A stretch of 63,998 nucleotides of DNA, the filler included, from Aduncisulcus paluster (taxonomy: Eukaryota): the NCBI GenBank assembly GCA_024181965.1. It is 10 parts of 10 records of this genome, joined end to end, with 100 filler letters (N's around TTAATTAATTAA, not from the genome) between each part and the next. Parts side by side here need not be neighbours in the genome. Positions count along the whole stretch, not along the records: positions 34,523 to 41,937 come from BQXS01010107.1; positions 42,038 to 45,707 come from BQXS01010108.1; 8 more parts are not named here. One strand, 5' to 3'. The notes below the pieces were generated by a model. That model saw nothing but the letters and a program-made list of their open reading frames with translations. It searched no databases and had not been told where the DNA came from. Of this stretch, positions 34,423 through 45,807 are shown piece by piece. The position numbers were made by a program, and so were the translations under genes. Every line of letters begins with the position of its first letter. The stretch's first letter is position 1.

Positions 34423-35279
34423 NNNNNNNNNNNNNNNNNNNNNNNNNNNNNNNNNNNNNNNNNNNNTTAATTAATTAANNNNNNNNNNNNNNNNNNNNNN
34501 NNNNNNNNNNNNNNNNNNNNNNGGACGAAATAGTCATTCCTTTTCACGACACATTCTTGAGCTTCCAACATCTCCTCCCTTGTTGTTGAAGGTAAACATA
34601 AAACATGTGTCACAATACACGATTGAACGCTGATCTTCCAAAGATCGATCATGCGATGTTTCTCACACGGCCCAAAGAATTGTGCATTGCGATTCTTCTG
34701 TTTCATGTCAGCTACAACACAAAAAATATCTCCGAATATTGTATAATTGTGTGCAAACACACCAGAACCAAGTGATTGAATATCCTTCTCCACGTCCTTC
34801 ATTACCCTTTCCTCTTCTGATTCTTCATATATCGATAATACCAATGATATATTCCGACAACTGGGTTGTACCGTGGCATAAAAACCTTGTAGACTCCTTC
34901 CAGACATCCCAGTAACCTGAAATCCATCCATACTACTAGTAATTAGTAAGTATCGCTGAAACTATTATGTCGTTGGAGCTCATTGGGCAGAACTGAGAGA
35001 CTATCTCCTTATCTCTTTCACAAGAAGAACAATATCGTAGATCCAAAAGATCATCGGTAATGAATCTAATGTAACTACTGATTGATAGTAGTCATACTTT
35101 CTCCGACACATCGGCAGCACAGGAAATGATTTCTCTCTCGCAGCTGCGAGTTGAGATGAATCAGGAGTTGCCGGAGAGAGGCCATACTCTTCAATTAATG
35201 TATTTCTCAGGAGTCATATGCAGACTTTGAGATTCCAGATCGTACTCTTCAAAAGACGGGGAAAGTTGCTCTTCAAGAA

Positions 35280-35620
35280 GTCTTTTACAACATCTGTACC
35301 ATCGCTCATTAAACGCTCAATAACCAATCCATAAGATGGGTTTCTTTGATCAGATCGAAAACCTTTGCTCCAATTCCAAGGAAAAAGACATGGAGAGGAT
35401 CAGCAGCTATCAAATTAAGAGGGATCATATGCTTAAGTGAAGGGTTTTGGAAAATACCCCTCGTGGTGGATTGGCCGTAGGCGGCCTTCAGCTCCAAACA
35501 ACAGTCGAAGACCACTTATTTTACGCCACTGGCATTGATTCCTCTTGGTTCCAATGATCTTTTCCCTCTCTGGATGATCAGCCAAAATGATCTGAAAGTT
35601 TTCAACCACTGTGACATCAA
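35280..35620 (-). pseudogene. Degenerate CACTA/Plavaka-like DDE transposase fragment
   Basis: ILADHPEREKIIGTKRNQCQWR (AD.PE..G..CxxC with C>R), then after a frameshift ADPLHVFFLG. Confidence 0.65.
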
Positions 35621-36300
35621 TAAATTGGTGTTTTGGATCTAAGTGTAATTTTTTCGTTTGGGTGTTGAAGAATCTTCTTCCATGAATTTTTATTATTTTC
35701 GATGCTTTGTATATATTTTCGAAGTTCCCTCGCGTCTTCGATTGTGTGGCAATTTGAAAGAAGAGCTAAGTAGCGGTTGTGCATACTTGTGAACTCTAAA
35801 AGGAAAGTTTTTTTCGAGTACGATTCAACTTTAGCCTTCCAATCTTCTCTTTTTCTCATCACTTCTTCATCCGTGAATGAGTTTAGTCTCTCTTTCTGGG
35901 CATTCGAGAGTTTAAAGTTACTCACAGTATCCGATATCGTGTTCTTCAGTATGAATGGCAGCAAACTGTATAGTCTTCTAGCCACACTAGCACTCGGGGC
36001 TTTTCTCCCAAACATGGTTGATCCTGATCTTCTACAATATTGCGATAGATCCCTATCGATACTTTGGAGGTTATCGGGCTCTATTACACACTTCAATAGC
36101 GGAATTGAATACCGGGATAGCACACCTAACAGCTCCATGTGCATAAAATCCGGCATAAGATGGAAGCCTGGATATTGAAGTTGAGAGTAGAGGGTGTCCC
36201 CAAGACCAAGTCAGTTTTCTTGAGAGGATGCACAGAGGCATCTAAATTGATGAAAGAGATAATGGGGCTTCTATTGAATACTCCATTACGAGGATTGTGC
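35617..36300 (-). pseudogene. Second CACTA/Plavaka-like transposase fragment
   Basis: NGVFNRSPIISF, then after a frameshift PDFMHMELLGV: the GV..SP...D.MH...LGV pattern. Confidence 0.6.
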
Positions 36301-36337
36301 AACTATAAGGTAATAAATAGACTTTCTTTATTTTCTA

Positions 36338-36516
36338 GCAACAATACTATTGTTGCAAAACAAAAGGTGTTGTAGATAAACAACATGCATTATCTTGCAA
36401 CAATAGGATTGTTTTGCAACAACCCGATTGTTGTGCAACAGGTCCTGTTTTTATTTTGGGATCAACTTAATTGGTTGGAGAATTAACCTTATCATTTATT
36501 AACCTTATCATTTATT
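36338..36516. repeat. Cluster of direct and inverted GCAACAA/TTGTTGC motifs plus a 17-bp tandem repeat; possible transposon subterminal region
   Basis: GCAACAATA-C-TATTGTTGC at 36338-36356, further TTGCAACAA copies, ATTAACCTTATCATTT x2. Confidence 0.55.
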
Positions 36517-39500
36517 AGTTTTATCTAACTTTAATTACTCATCTGAGCTAGAAGTAATACATTCCTTGTCTTCATCTTCAGTACTGAGAAGAGTATCAAT
36601 TGATCTTCGTTTACCAATGGCGATATAGCTCGGAATTATTTCTCCAAAATATCCCCAACTTCTAAACATTTGCTCATCAAGTTTAGAGACCCATCCAAAA
36701 TCTTTTGAATAATCAAGACAGTATCTCACCATGCCCATATCACTCACATCAACCTGATTTTTGTTCAAGATAACGTCAACGTAAATAACACTAGAGACAA
36801 GCGAACCACGAATCAGTTTGTCGTGGATAAGACTAACCCCATGTTTTAGCATAAGGGATGATTTAAAATAATCAACGGGGCTCATAAAAAGCAGATCAAC
36901 CTCCTTCTCACCAGACTTTACAAAAGTGGAAACACAATCACGAAAATCCTTAAATTCTGGGAGAATCTCAGAACACACNNNNNNNNNNNNNNNNNNNNAA
37001 CATTTGCTCATCAAGTTTAGAGACCCATCCAAAATCTTTTGAATAATCAAGACAGTATCTCACCATGCCCATATCACTCACATCAACCTGATTTTTGTTC
37101 AAGATAACGTCAACGTAAATAACACTAGAGACAAGCGAACCACGAATCAGTTTGTCGTGGATAAGACTAACCCCATGTTTTAGCATAAGGGATGATTTAA
37201 AATAATCAACGGGGCTCATAAAAAGCAGATCAACCTCCTTCTCACCAGACTTTACAAAAGTGGAAACACAATCACGAAAATCCTTAAATTCTGGGAGAAT
37301 CTCAGAACACACACCTCTAAAACTTAGCTCAGCATAACCACTTTGGTCGCTAGCCCTCCATATAGCGATATCTCTGCAAAGCTTCCTGTGTACGAACTCT
37401 CGTTCGTCTTCTTCAACACAACCAATCAGAATATTTACAAATAATAGTTTTGAATTTGTTTAAAACACATCACTAACCAAAACAAGACTTACAATTCAAT
37501 TCAATTGAGTACAAGTTGTACTACAATTGATAGTATCAAGTTGATTTACTATTTAGGTTCTTACTTAGAATCGGATGATTCGGATGATTCCGAATCTCTT
37601 GAGTCAGTAAACTCCGAGTTAATCGAGTCGATAATGTGATAAGTACTTTGTTTCTGAGAAGACATACTATGGATAGTAGTACTAATAGAGGGATGATAAG
37701 TTATCAAAAATGAACTTTTGTTTTGTCTTGAATATGCCTGCACAAGTGCGAGTTGAACGTCCGTTATCATCACTACAACTGCTTGAATATATCACAGATC
37801 TTTAGGAACAGATTCTAAAATCACAAGAAAGGGAAGGGATAACGAAGGTTGCTGATGCTGTTCATATTGCAACAACATGGCGCAATCATGATGGAAAGAA
37901 ACACATTGATGATATTCTTGAGGCATCAAGTGGTGCTGATAGTGACTGTGACATCTATAAAGATCAGTTAGAATACATTCAAACAATTTTATCGAATCTA
38001 AGGTCATGCCTCCTAACTCTTGGTCATGTAGCAAGTCACCACAATGTAGATCGGGTGGGCTAAATAACAACCTGTCGGTTACCCATGAATATATGAGGTT
38101 ATTCTCATCATAATAGCTTACCGTATCAATGGAATCATCTTCTGATAATGGAGAGAGCCTCTTCACTGCGATATTCTCCTTTCAGATTGCAACATGTGTA
38201 CCTAACACACAATGCACTATGTCTACTTCTGTCAATAGTAATACCATCCATGAATGCGATAATAAGACCAATGAAGAAGATGGGGGATGTACCAGGATAC
38301 CCGAGTCAATTTATTGAATAAACGGTCACAATTATTCTATTCACATCATTGAATACATCACNNNNNNNNNNNNNNNNNNNNAGAAACACATTGATGATAT
38401 TCTTGAGGCATCAAGTGGTGCTGATAGTGACTGTGACATCTATAAAGATCAGTTAGAATACATTCAAACAATTTTATCGAATCTAAGGTCATGCCTCCTA
38501 ACTCTTGGTCATGTAGCAAGTCACCACAATGTAGATCGGGTGGGCTAAATAACAACCTGTCGGTTACCCATGAATATATGAGGTTATTCTCATCATAATA
38601 GCTTACCGTATCAATGGAATCATCTTCTGATAATGGAGAGAGCCTCTTCACTGCGATATTCTCCTTTCAGATTGCAACATGTGTACCTAACACACAATGC
38701 ACTATGTCTACTTCTGTCAATAGTAATACCATCCATGAATGCGATAATAAGACCAATGAAGAAGATGGGGGATGTACCAGGATACCCGAGTCAATTTATT
38801 GAATAAACGGTCACAATTATTCTATTCACATCATTGAATACATCACCATAATATGTTTCGTCACTATGAGAATTGGAACAATTTGAATGGTTGAGATGAC
38901 TGATATTCATGACATTTGTAATCCGTGGCCTTCCATAAATGCCGGTGAGAAAAGGGCTGAGAAAACCCGACGGCTGTTTGTCACCTTCTCAGGATGTTCT
39001 AATTATAGAATTCAAGACTGTCCGTTTATTAAGAAAAATGTAACCAGTCAACAGTATATACTATGGCCATTAAGGTTATGAGCAACAAGGATACCGAAAA
39101 ATCCGAAAGAACTAGCGCTATGAACCCTCCAAAACCACCCTTTAAAATCGTTGGACACGAAAAATTGGGGAGGGTTCACACGAGAACTTACGCATTACAA
39201 GTCTCTTGGGGGAACAAAAAAGTGAATCGAAATGGTTGAAGCCAGTGCCCTGGCCGTAATCACGGATATTTCGGATGTGCAGGATCAACAGATTCTGTCG
39301 ATATCTCGGAGATAGAAACGGTAGCAATTTATTGGAAAGTAAACAGAAGGACATCAGGTCTATAAATAGAACACTGAGAAAACCTACAGATTCAGTTTCT
39401 AGAGTAATGAAGACACCTTTTAGCTCCGGAATGCATATTGCAGATACGGAAATGCTCCTAAATGATCGGGAAGCAGCAAAAGAAGAGAGTTCAGAAACTC

Positions 39501-39779
39501 TGCCAGAGGCAGTACCGAGCCGACCTTCGACCACTCACGTGGCTACGGCAATGCCTCCGTGGGCACAGTCCTCGAGCATTTATCAATCTGGGACATCCTT
39601 CTTGCATCAAAATCCAATTGGAATCCCAACATTCCATAATCCATTTATTCCAACCCCTCAACCCCGTATGATGGGAAGTACTATATATAATCCTTTAATG
39701 GGACAATTTAGCACCTCCGTACCGGTAATCACACACGGAAGTCGTCTTAGCTGTTGATACTGTTCTAGCTCTGAGATGA

Positions 39780-41315
39780 ATAGCTTTCTCCTTAAGTTTT
39801 AACAGCTTCTCTTTTAACCCTTCTGAGAAGGCTATGATGCTTCCTTCGTCTTCTTGTTCCCCAAATCAGGTGATTTCACCTTCCTCCTTGAGTCGACGAA
39901 TATATCCCACCATTCATCAGGCTTCCGAAAACCATCTCGAATGGGAGATCTCCAACAGTGTTCTTGTGAATTCATCAAGAAACGGGCAACTGGTATTTGT
40001 TCGGTCCAACCTCCCTTTTCCTTCTCTATCAGTAAAGCTTTTAAAACTTTAATGGGTCGCGGTTCAATCTCTCAACGATGCCATTTGATTGTGGATTATG
40101 GTACCGTTCGATGATGTTTAATCTCTAGCCAATCAAACAAGCATTTCCATACTGCATTCACAAATTGAGAACCGTAATGTTTTTGCATTCACATACACAA
40201 GATTATGCTCAGTGCGTAAGGTGAAGTGTCTTCCACGGAGGATTGGAGCACACTGAAGAACAGCATACACGATTCCCCATGCCTATTATTCTCCAACTGT
40301 CCATCTCTTTTGTTGAAGGGTCAACTTCTTTGACAAGAATGCCAGAACTCTTTCCTTGCCCTCGTGAACTTGGACGAGTGCAGTTCCAATATCAACAGAA
40401 GATGCATCAGTATAGAGAATTAATTCACCAGTGTCGGACGAAGCAGCAAGTGTGTTTCCTTGTAATAAGGCTTTCTTTACACATAACAGGGTCTCATCAT
40501 GTTTAGCCGTCAAGAGGAAGGTCTTCTTGGTATCCAGAAGTGAAGTGATTGGTTCCATGACTGTAGCAAAGTGAGGAACGAACTCTCGGAGATAATTTAA
40601 GAAGCCGACCAATACTTGAACTTCTTTTCTTGACTTTGCAGGCTGAACATCACGAATCCCTTGAAAACGATGGGATATGCGTCGTCCGTCATGGTGGATA
40701 GTCCACCCTAAATAATCAATCTGAGTGCAGCCTAGTACTGTTTTCTTTTTGTTTAGAGATAACCCAAACGAACAAATACGCTTCAAGACTTCTTCAAGTC
40801 TCTCAATAAATTCTTCAGCAGTCGAACCATACACAATGATATCGTCGAGATAGACAAGCACTCTATGGTAAAGCAGATCGGAGAATAGGTGTTGAATGGT
40901 TCTTTGGAAGATTCATGGAGCGGATTTCAAACCAAAGGGTAGAACTGTCCTCAAAAAAACCCAAGGGAGTGGTGAATGCAGTGGTGTGTCTGGTATCTGG
41001 ATGGAGAGGTCTCTACGTATACTCGGTAATCACGGCATCAGTAACAGAGCGGAGGGAGAGCTTTTCAAGCTCATAAATACAGTCAAATTCTGATCCAATG
41101 GCAAACAGCTTATCGATGGCCTTGATGAACGTCCCATCATTGAGCGTAGGTGCAGAATCGAGTGGAATTCTGGCAAACAGGATTCTTTTCTGAACCACCG
41201 TCAGAAAAGCAAAAATGGAAGCAGTAGGATGACACCTTTTGTACCTACGAAACTCGTCGCGGAACGGCTTCCAACCATCTTTGGTAACTGTAGACAAACG
41301 TGGGATCTTAACAGT
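39780..41315 (-). mobile_element. Internally deleted, degenerate Ty3/Gypsy element: gag (41013-41315), RT-RNase H (40286-40950), integrase core (39780-40180)
   Basis: LPFGLKSAP, VYLDDIIVYG, YTDAS; GSQFVNAVW, PQSNGIVERLN; stops and frameshifts present. Confidence 0.88.
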
Positions 41316-41330
41316 CTAAAATAATTATTT

Positions 41331-41431
41331 TGTAATAAGGCCAACTCAAACAATGTTGCTGTGAGCAAGTTTATTCGTTATGATCGATTGTTCAAGGGGG
41401 TCAAGTTCCCTGCATACAACTTCCCCTGACA
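41331..41431 (-). mobile_element. Putative 101-bp LTR (TGTCA...TTACA) with PPT (GGGAGGCAG, 41432-41440) upstream and a palindrome (41318-41331) downstream
   Basis: Follows the pol stop at 41444 and a purine tract; TG..CA termini; AATAAA inside; followed directly by gag. Confidence 0.75.
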
Positions 41432-41443
41432 CTGCCTCCCATG

Positions 41444-41937
41444 CTAAGGGTTCCTGATCCTCTTGGACTTCAGGTATTCCTTTAGGATTGCTAGTGTCTT
41501 TATATTCTCGTATGGTACCCAGTTGTTCCTGGTATCCTTCAAGCCGTACCACTTGACAAAGAATTCTCTTTGTCCCTTTGGGCCTCTATGTCTCTCGATT
41601 CTCTCGACAAGCCTACTGCCATAATCACGTAAAGCCAATGCACGAACGTCGTTATCTGTAAGCTTTGGATCCCGGATAAATTCAATTATGTTATCTATCT
41701 CGGCTTCTACGGTCAGCGTGTTACATGTCAAGCTCTGAAGCTTATACAGCTTATCGCCGAGCTTTAGAATCACCTTATAGGGTCCTGTGAAGGCTGGATA
41801 TAATTTAGAGACTCCAATGTCTCTCTTTAACAAGACGTAATCATCTGTCTCAAGTGTTCTGATTTTTCCCTCGGTATCCTTTTCCAGCTTTTGTCTTTGG
41901 TGGATCTCCGAACGTCTTTGAAGTTTTCTTATATTGT
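41444..41937 (-). mobile_element. Chromovirus integrase C-terminus (GPY/F motif plus chromodomain)
   Basis: LYPAFTGPYKVI; VERIERHR..REFFVKWYG....NNWVPYENI. Confidence 0.9.
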
Positions 41938-42037
41938 NNNNNNNNNNNNNNNNNNNNNNNNNNNNNNNNNNNNNNNNNNNNTTAATTAATTAANNNNNNN
42001 NNNNNNNNNNNNNNNNNNNNNNNNNNNNNNNNNNNNN

Positions 42038-45000
42038 ACTCAACATTTCCCATAACAACCTCGGCGATGAGGGTCTTGCCAATATCCTCAGTGTCTGTGA
42101 AAGAACGGACAAATTGAAGTATCTAGATATATCTGGAACCTTTATTTCGGGTCCAAATGCCAATTCTCTTATCCATTATCTCTCATCCACCCATAACCTC
42201 ACTCAAGTCAAAGCGACTCACAATCCCATCCCCTATGGTCAACTATTACGTTGTAAAGATATTATTGTGAAAAGAAAAGTGACTAAACAGTTCGATATAA
42301 GTCAAGATCCGATGTTATCCCCTGAGCAATGTTCTTCTCTTGAAATGCACTTGGATCCGTTCTCCGAAAACGGAATATCTGTGTTCTGCAAGCCTGTTGT
42401 CAGTGACGGTTCTACTAGTCATCAGCTAAAACAACAATCTAGAGTTTCACGACCACCCCCTGATACCCTCGAATCTCCCTCCCCTCCGAAAAGATATACT
42501 CCTGACAATTCAATCTCTTCTTCCCGCAGTAGTAGGACAGCCATTCCCACAAGTGCACATGGGCATGTGCATCATAGTCCTGTTGGGGCTGCTAGGTATG
42601 ATCATGGAGTTCCCGTGATACCAGGACAAGATACAGATAGAGATAAAGATAGAGATGATGGCTCTTCTGAATATCGTGATTCAAGGGAACGTCGTTCGTC
42701 GACTACATCCACACAACAATCGTACCCATTCCAGCGTCATAGCCCCACTGGTCGCCTCCATTCCATCTCCCCGCCACTGTCTGTCTCTCCTCGGACAGCT
42801 GTTTTATCACGTGATGCCCGTATCTCGACTCTGATCCATAGCAATCAGATTCTGAGTGTAGCGTTGGAGGAAGAGCGGCAAGAGCGTGAGAAGAGGAAAG
42901 AAGAGAGGCAACGACGAAGGCGGCGTGAAGAAGAGGAACGGAAAGAGAGAGAAAAAGAAAGGAGGAGGCTAGAAGAAAAACGGAAGAGCGACGATCGTCT
43001 TCGAGAGGAAAGGATAAGAAAAGAAGAAAGAGATCGTCGTTTGGAACGTGAACGGATGCAACAAAAAGAGAGATCCACCAATAGAGAACTTCTCAATTCT
43101 CACTCCTTGAATTCTCCTTCACAGCTTTCTCATCCAGGATCGAGAAGATCTGTTACTTTCCAAGTGGCACAAGAGATTGAGGAACCTGGGCGTGGACGAA
43201 AGAAAGGAAATCCAGTCCAAATTGGTGCATCTGTGTTTATGTCAACCAATAATGATCCGACCACTCAAACCACCAAGGGAGCTAAAAGAACAAGTGTTAT
43301 CGGTAGCAGCAGTATTGGAAGTAATCCTTCTGCTTCTATCTCCTCCCTTTCATCTACTGTGGAAAGGCTCGATATGTTGAAGAGATCGGTCAGAGAGAGT
43401 GAAAAACGCATTCAAGATGCAAGGAGAGAACAGAAAGAAGTCGAAGGACAGCATGACAAAGAGAAGATGCATCAGGCAAAAGTTCTTCAGGAAGCTGATA
43501 GCGAACTTGGAGCCAAACAATCATCCAAACATTCTTCCAATCCATCCAAGTTTTCAAGACATCGTTTCTCTGATCGAGTTACTCAAGCAGCTGGAGATGT
43601 TAGCACTCATTCTTCTTCAAAGATCTCTTCTTCTTCTACCCCTTCCTCTTCAATATCACCCCATCCTCACACTAAATGTGGTATCCCTCACATTATGCTC
43701 TACTCCTTCACTGCTCGTTCCCACAAGCCGTCTGAGATATCGGTTAGGGCCGGCGAGGAAGTTTGGGTTGTGACGAAAGCAGGAGATGGCTGGACTCTCG
43801 TATGCCGTGGTGACGGAGAAATGGGAGTTGTTCCCACAGATTATCTTGGGAAACAGGTAAAGAAGAAGAAGAAGTCGCCAAAGACTGCTGATGCAAAGCA
43901 TGTTGATGGAACTGAGGGTGAGAAGAGAGAGAAGAACGAGAAGAGAGAGAAGAAAGAGAAGAGAGAGGAAGTGAGTCGTAAAACAAAACATAAGGATTCT
44001 AAAAAAGAGCTGCGATCGAAAGATTCTTCCAAACATGACATTCCACATGCTTCTCTCGATGGTTCTGATTCTGAGAAAGATGATAGAAAAGTAGACAAAC
44101 AACCATTGTCTCCAAATGCTGGCAGTGAGGGTGAAGATATGGATTCCAAGACTTCTCCTCCTCTTCTCAAACATATAGATATGGACAGTGGCAGACCAAC
44201 AACAAAGCCACACTCAGACAGTCTCAAGGGCTCAGATATTCATTCGGAGACTGATGGTATCGATCATACTCCCCCTCTCGAAGCAATGTCTCCTTCCTCA
44301 ACACAGCTCATTGATAGCGAGCATATCATTGATAGTGATCCTCACATGGATGATCCTGCACCAGAAATATCTCCTCTCAAATCCAGATTTAAACGAAGGA
44401 ATGAGAAGAAGGGCCCGACTTTGAAGAGTTCAAAGAAACGATCCTCAAAACGAAAGGATAAAACCCCATCCGAGTCTGGATTCACTGATGTCCCTCCTCC
44501 TATTGTTCCAGCTCCCTTGATTGTCCCTTCCCCAATTATTTCCTCTTCTCCTTCTTCTTCCTCCTCCTCTTCCTCCTCTTCTTCCTCTTCCTCCTCTCCA
44601 ATGCTTCCGATTGCCTCCTTCCTTCTTCCTCCACCTTCCCCTCGTCCCCCTACCAAACTTGTATTTAGACACCTCTCTGTGCCACCGTACCCCATTGTTT
44701 ACACTCCATTGTGTGACAAGGAAGCCGTTGCTATGCTTCGAGGTGACATATTCCTTCGTCATTTCGATAATGGGACAATGGTTGAGCAGAAAATATGCAT
44801 AAACAATTCATTTGATAAAATACTTATGGGCACTGAAAAGGCGATAGAAAAAGAAAAGAAACGTCTTCGAATCATTGAAGAGAAGAAGAAACAGCAACAA
44901 GCAAAACAATACAGATCTCTATACAATCTTATGCATTCTGGAGATTTGAATGCCATGCGAGGACGTTCTTCTCGAGAGATCGTGTCTCCATTCGTAATTG

Positions 45001-45434
45001 GAGAGAAGTTCCAAGTTGCATCTTCCTCTGGCGTTCCTTTCAAGTCCTCTGCAACTCTGATAACATCGATGAGTCATAATAAGATGACATTCATGGGTCT
45101 TCCGGGGTTTTATTCTCCTTCACATAATCTCAAATGTATTGATGTCGGTCGTATCATGTCAATCTATGTTGATCCCATATCTCCTTCTCTTCTTGTCATT
45201 CGCATAGCTGTTGGTTCCTCAGCTGTCAAGAAATATACACACTCGTTCAAGGAGGGTGTTGTGATGATGTCAGACTTCTTGGAGGAGTCAAAGATTGAAG
45301 AAATCACATTGCAGGCAAGAAATGGACAGTTGGCAGCATTATGGTGCGATTTGTTCACAAGACTCGTTCAAACAGTCACGCAAACCATACCAAACCCATT
45401 ATATGGAGTGTTTGTTGAACGTGTTCCTAAATAA
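42038..45434 (+). CDS. LRR + coiled-coil + SH3 + PH-like domain protein, 5' partial
   Basis: LNISHNNLGDEG / LKYLDISGT (RI-like LRR); MLYSFTA..SEISVRAGE..DGWT..GVVPTDYL (SH3); terminal ITLQA..AALWCDLFTRLV helix (PH-like). Confidence 0.8.
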
Positions 45435-45807
45435 ATATAATTGTTTGCATATAATTTGTTACGGGCCGTAATACGGCTGATGGAGCAAATTCATTTAAAT
45501 AAAAGTACCGGTTATCACCGATTGATGTGGTAGTAGGTGAGTCACCTGGGTGACTCTCGTTATGTTAGTATGATGGTATTACAATGTTGTTTATTTATTA
45601 TTGACAGAAACTATTATTATTATTTATTATTTTGAAGTTATCATCTTATTATATTAAAGGATTAAGAATGTTTTATTTTTTGGTTCCGGTTTGGTTTCAA
45701 ATCCAAANNNNNNNNNNNNNNNNNNNNNNNNNNNNNNNNNNNNNNNNNNNNTTAATTAATTAANNNNNNNNNNNNNNNNNNNNNNNNNNNNNNNNNNNNN
45801 NNNNNNN

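Noticed and set aside
37792-39757. Short ORFs in the mobile-element contig
   Set aside because: Fragmented, with no recognisable motifs; no product can be supported
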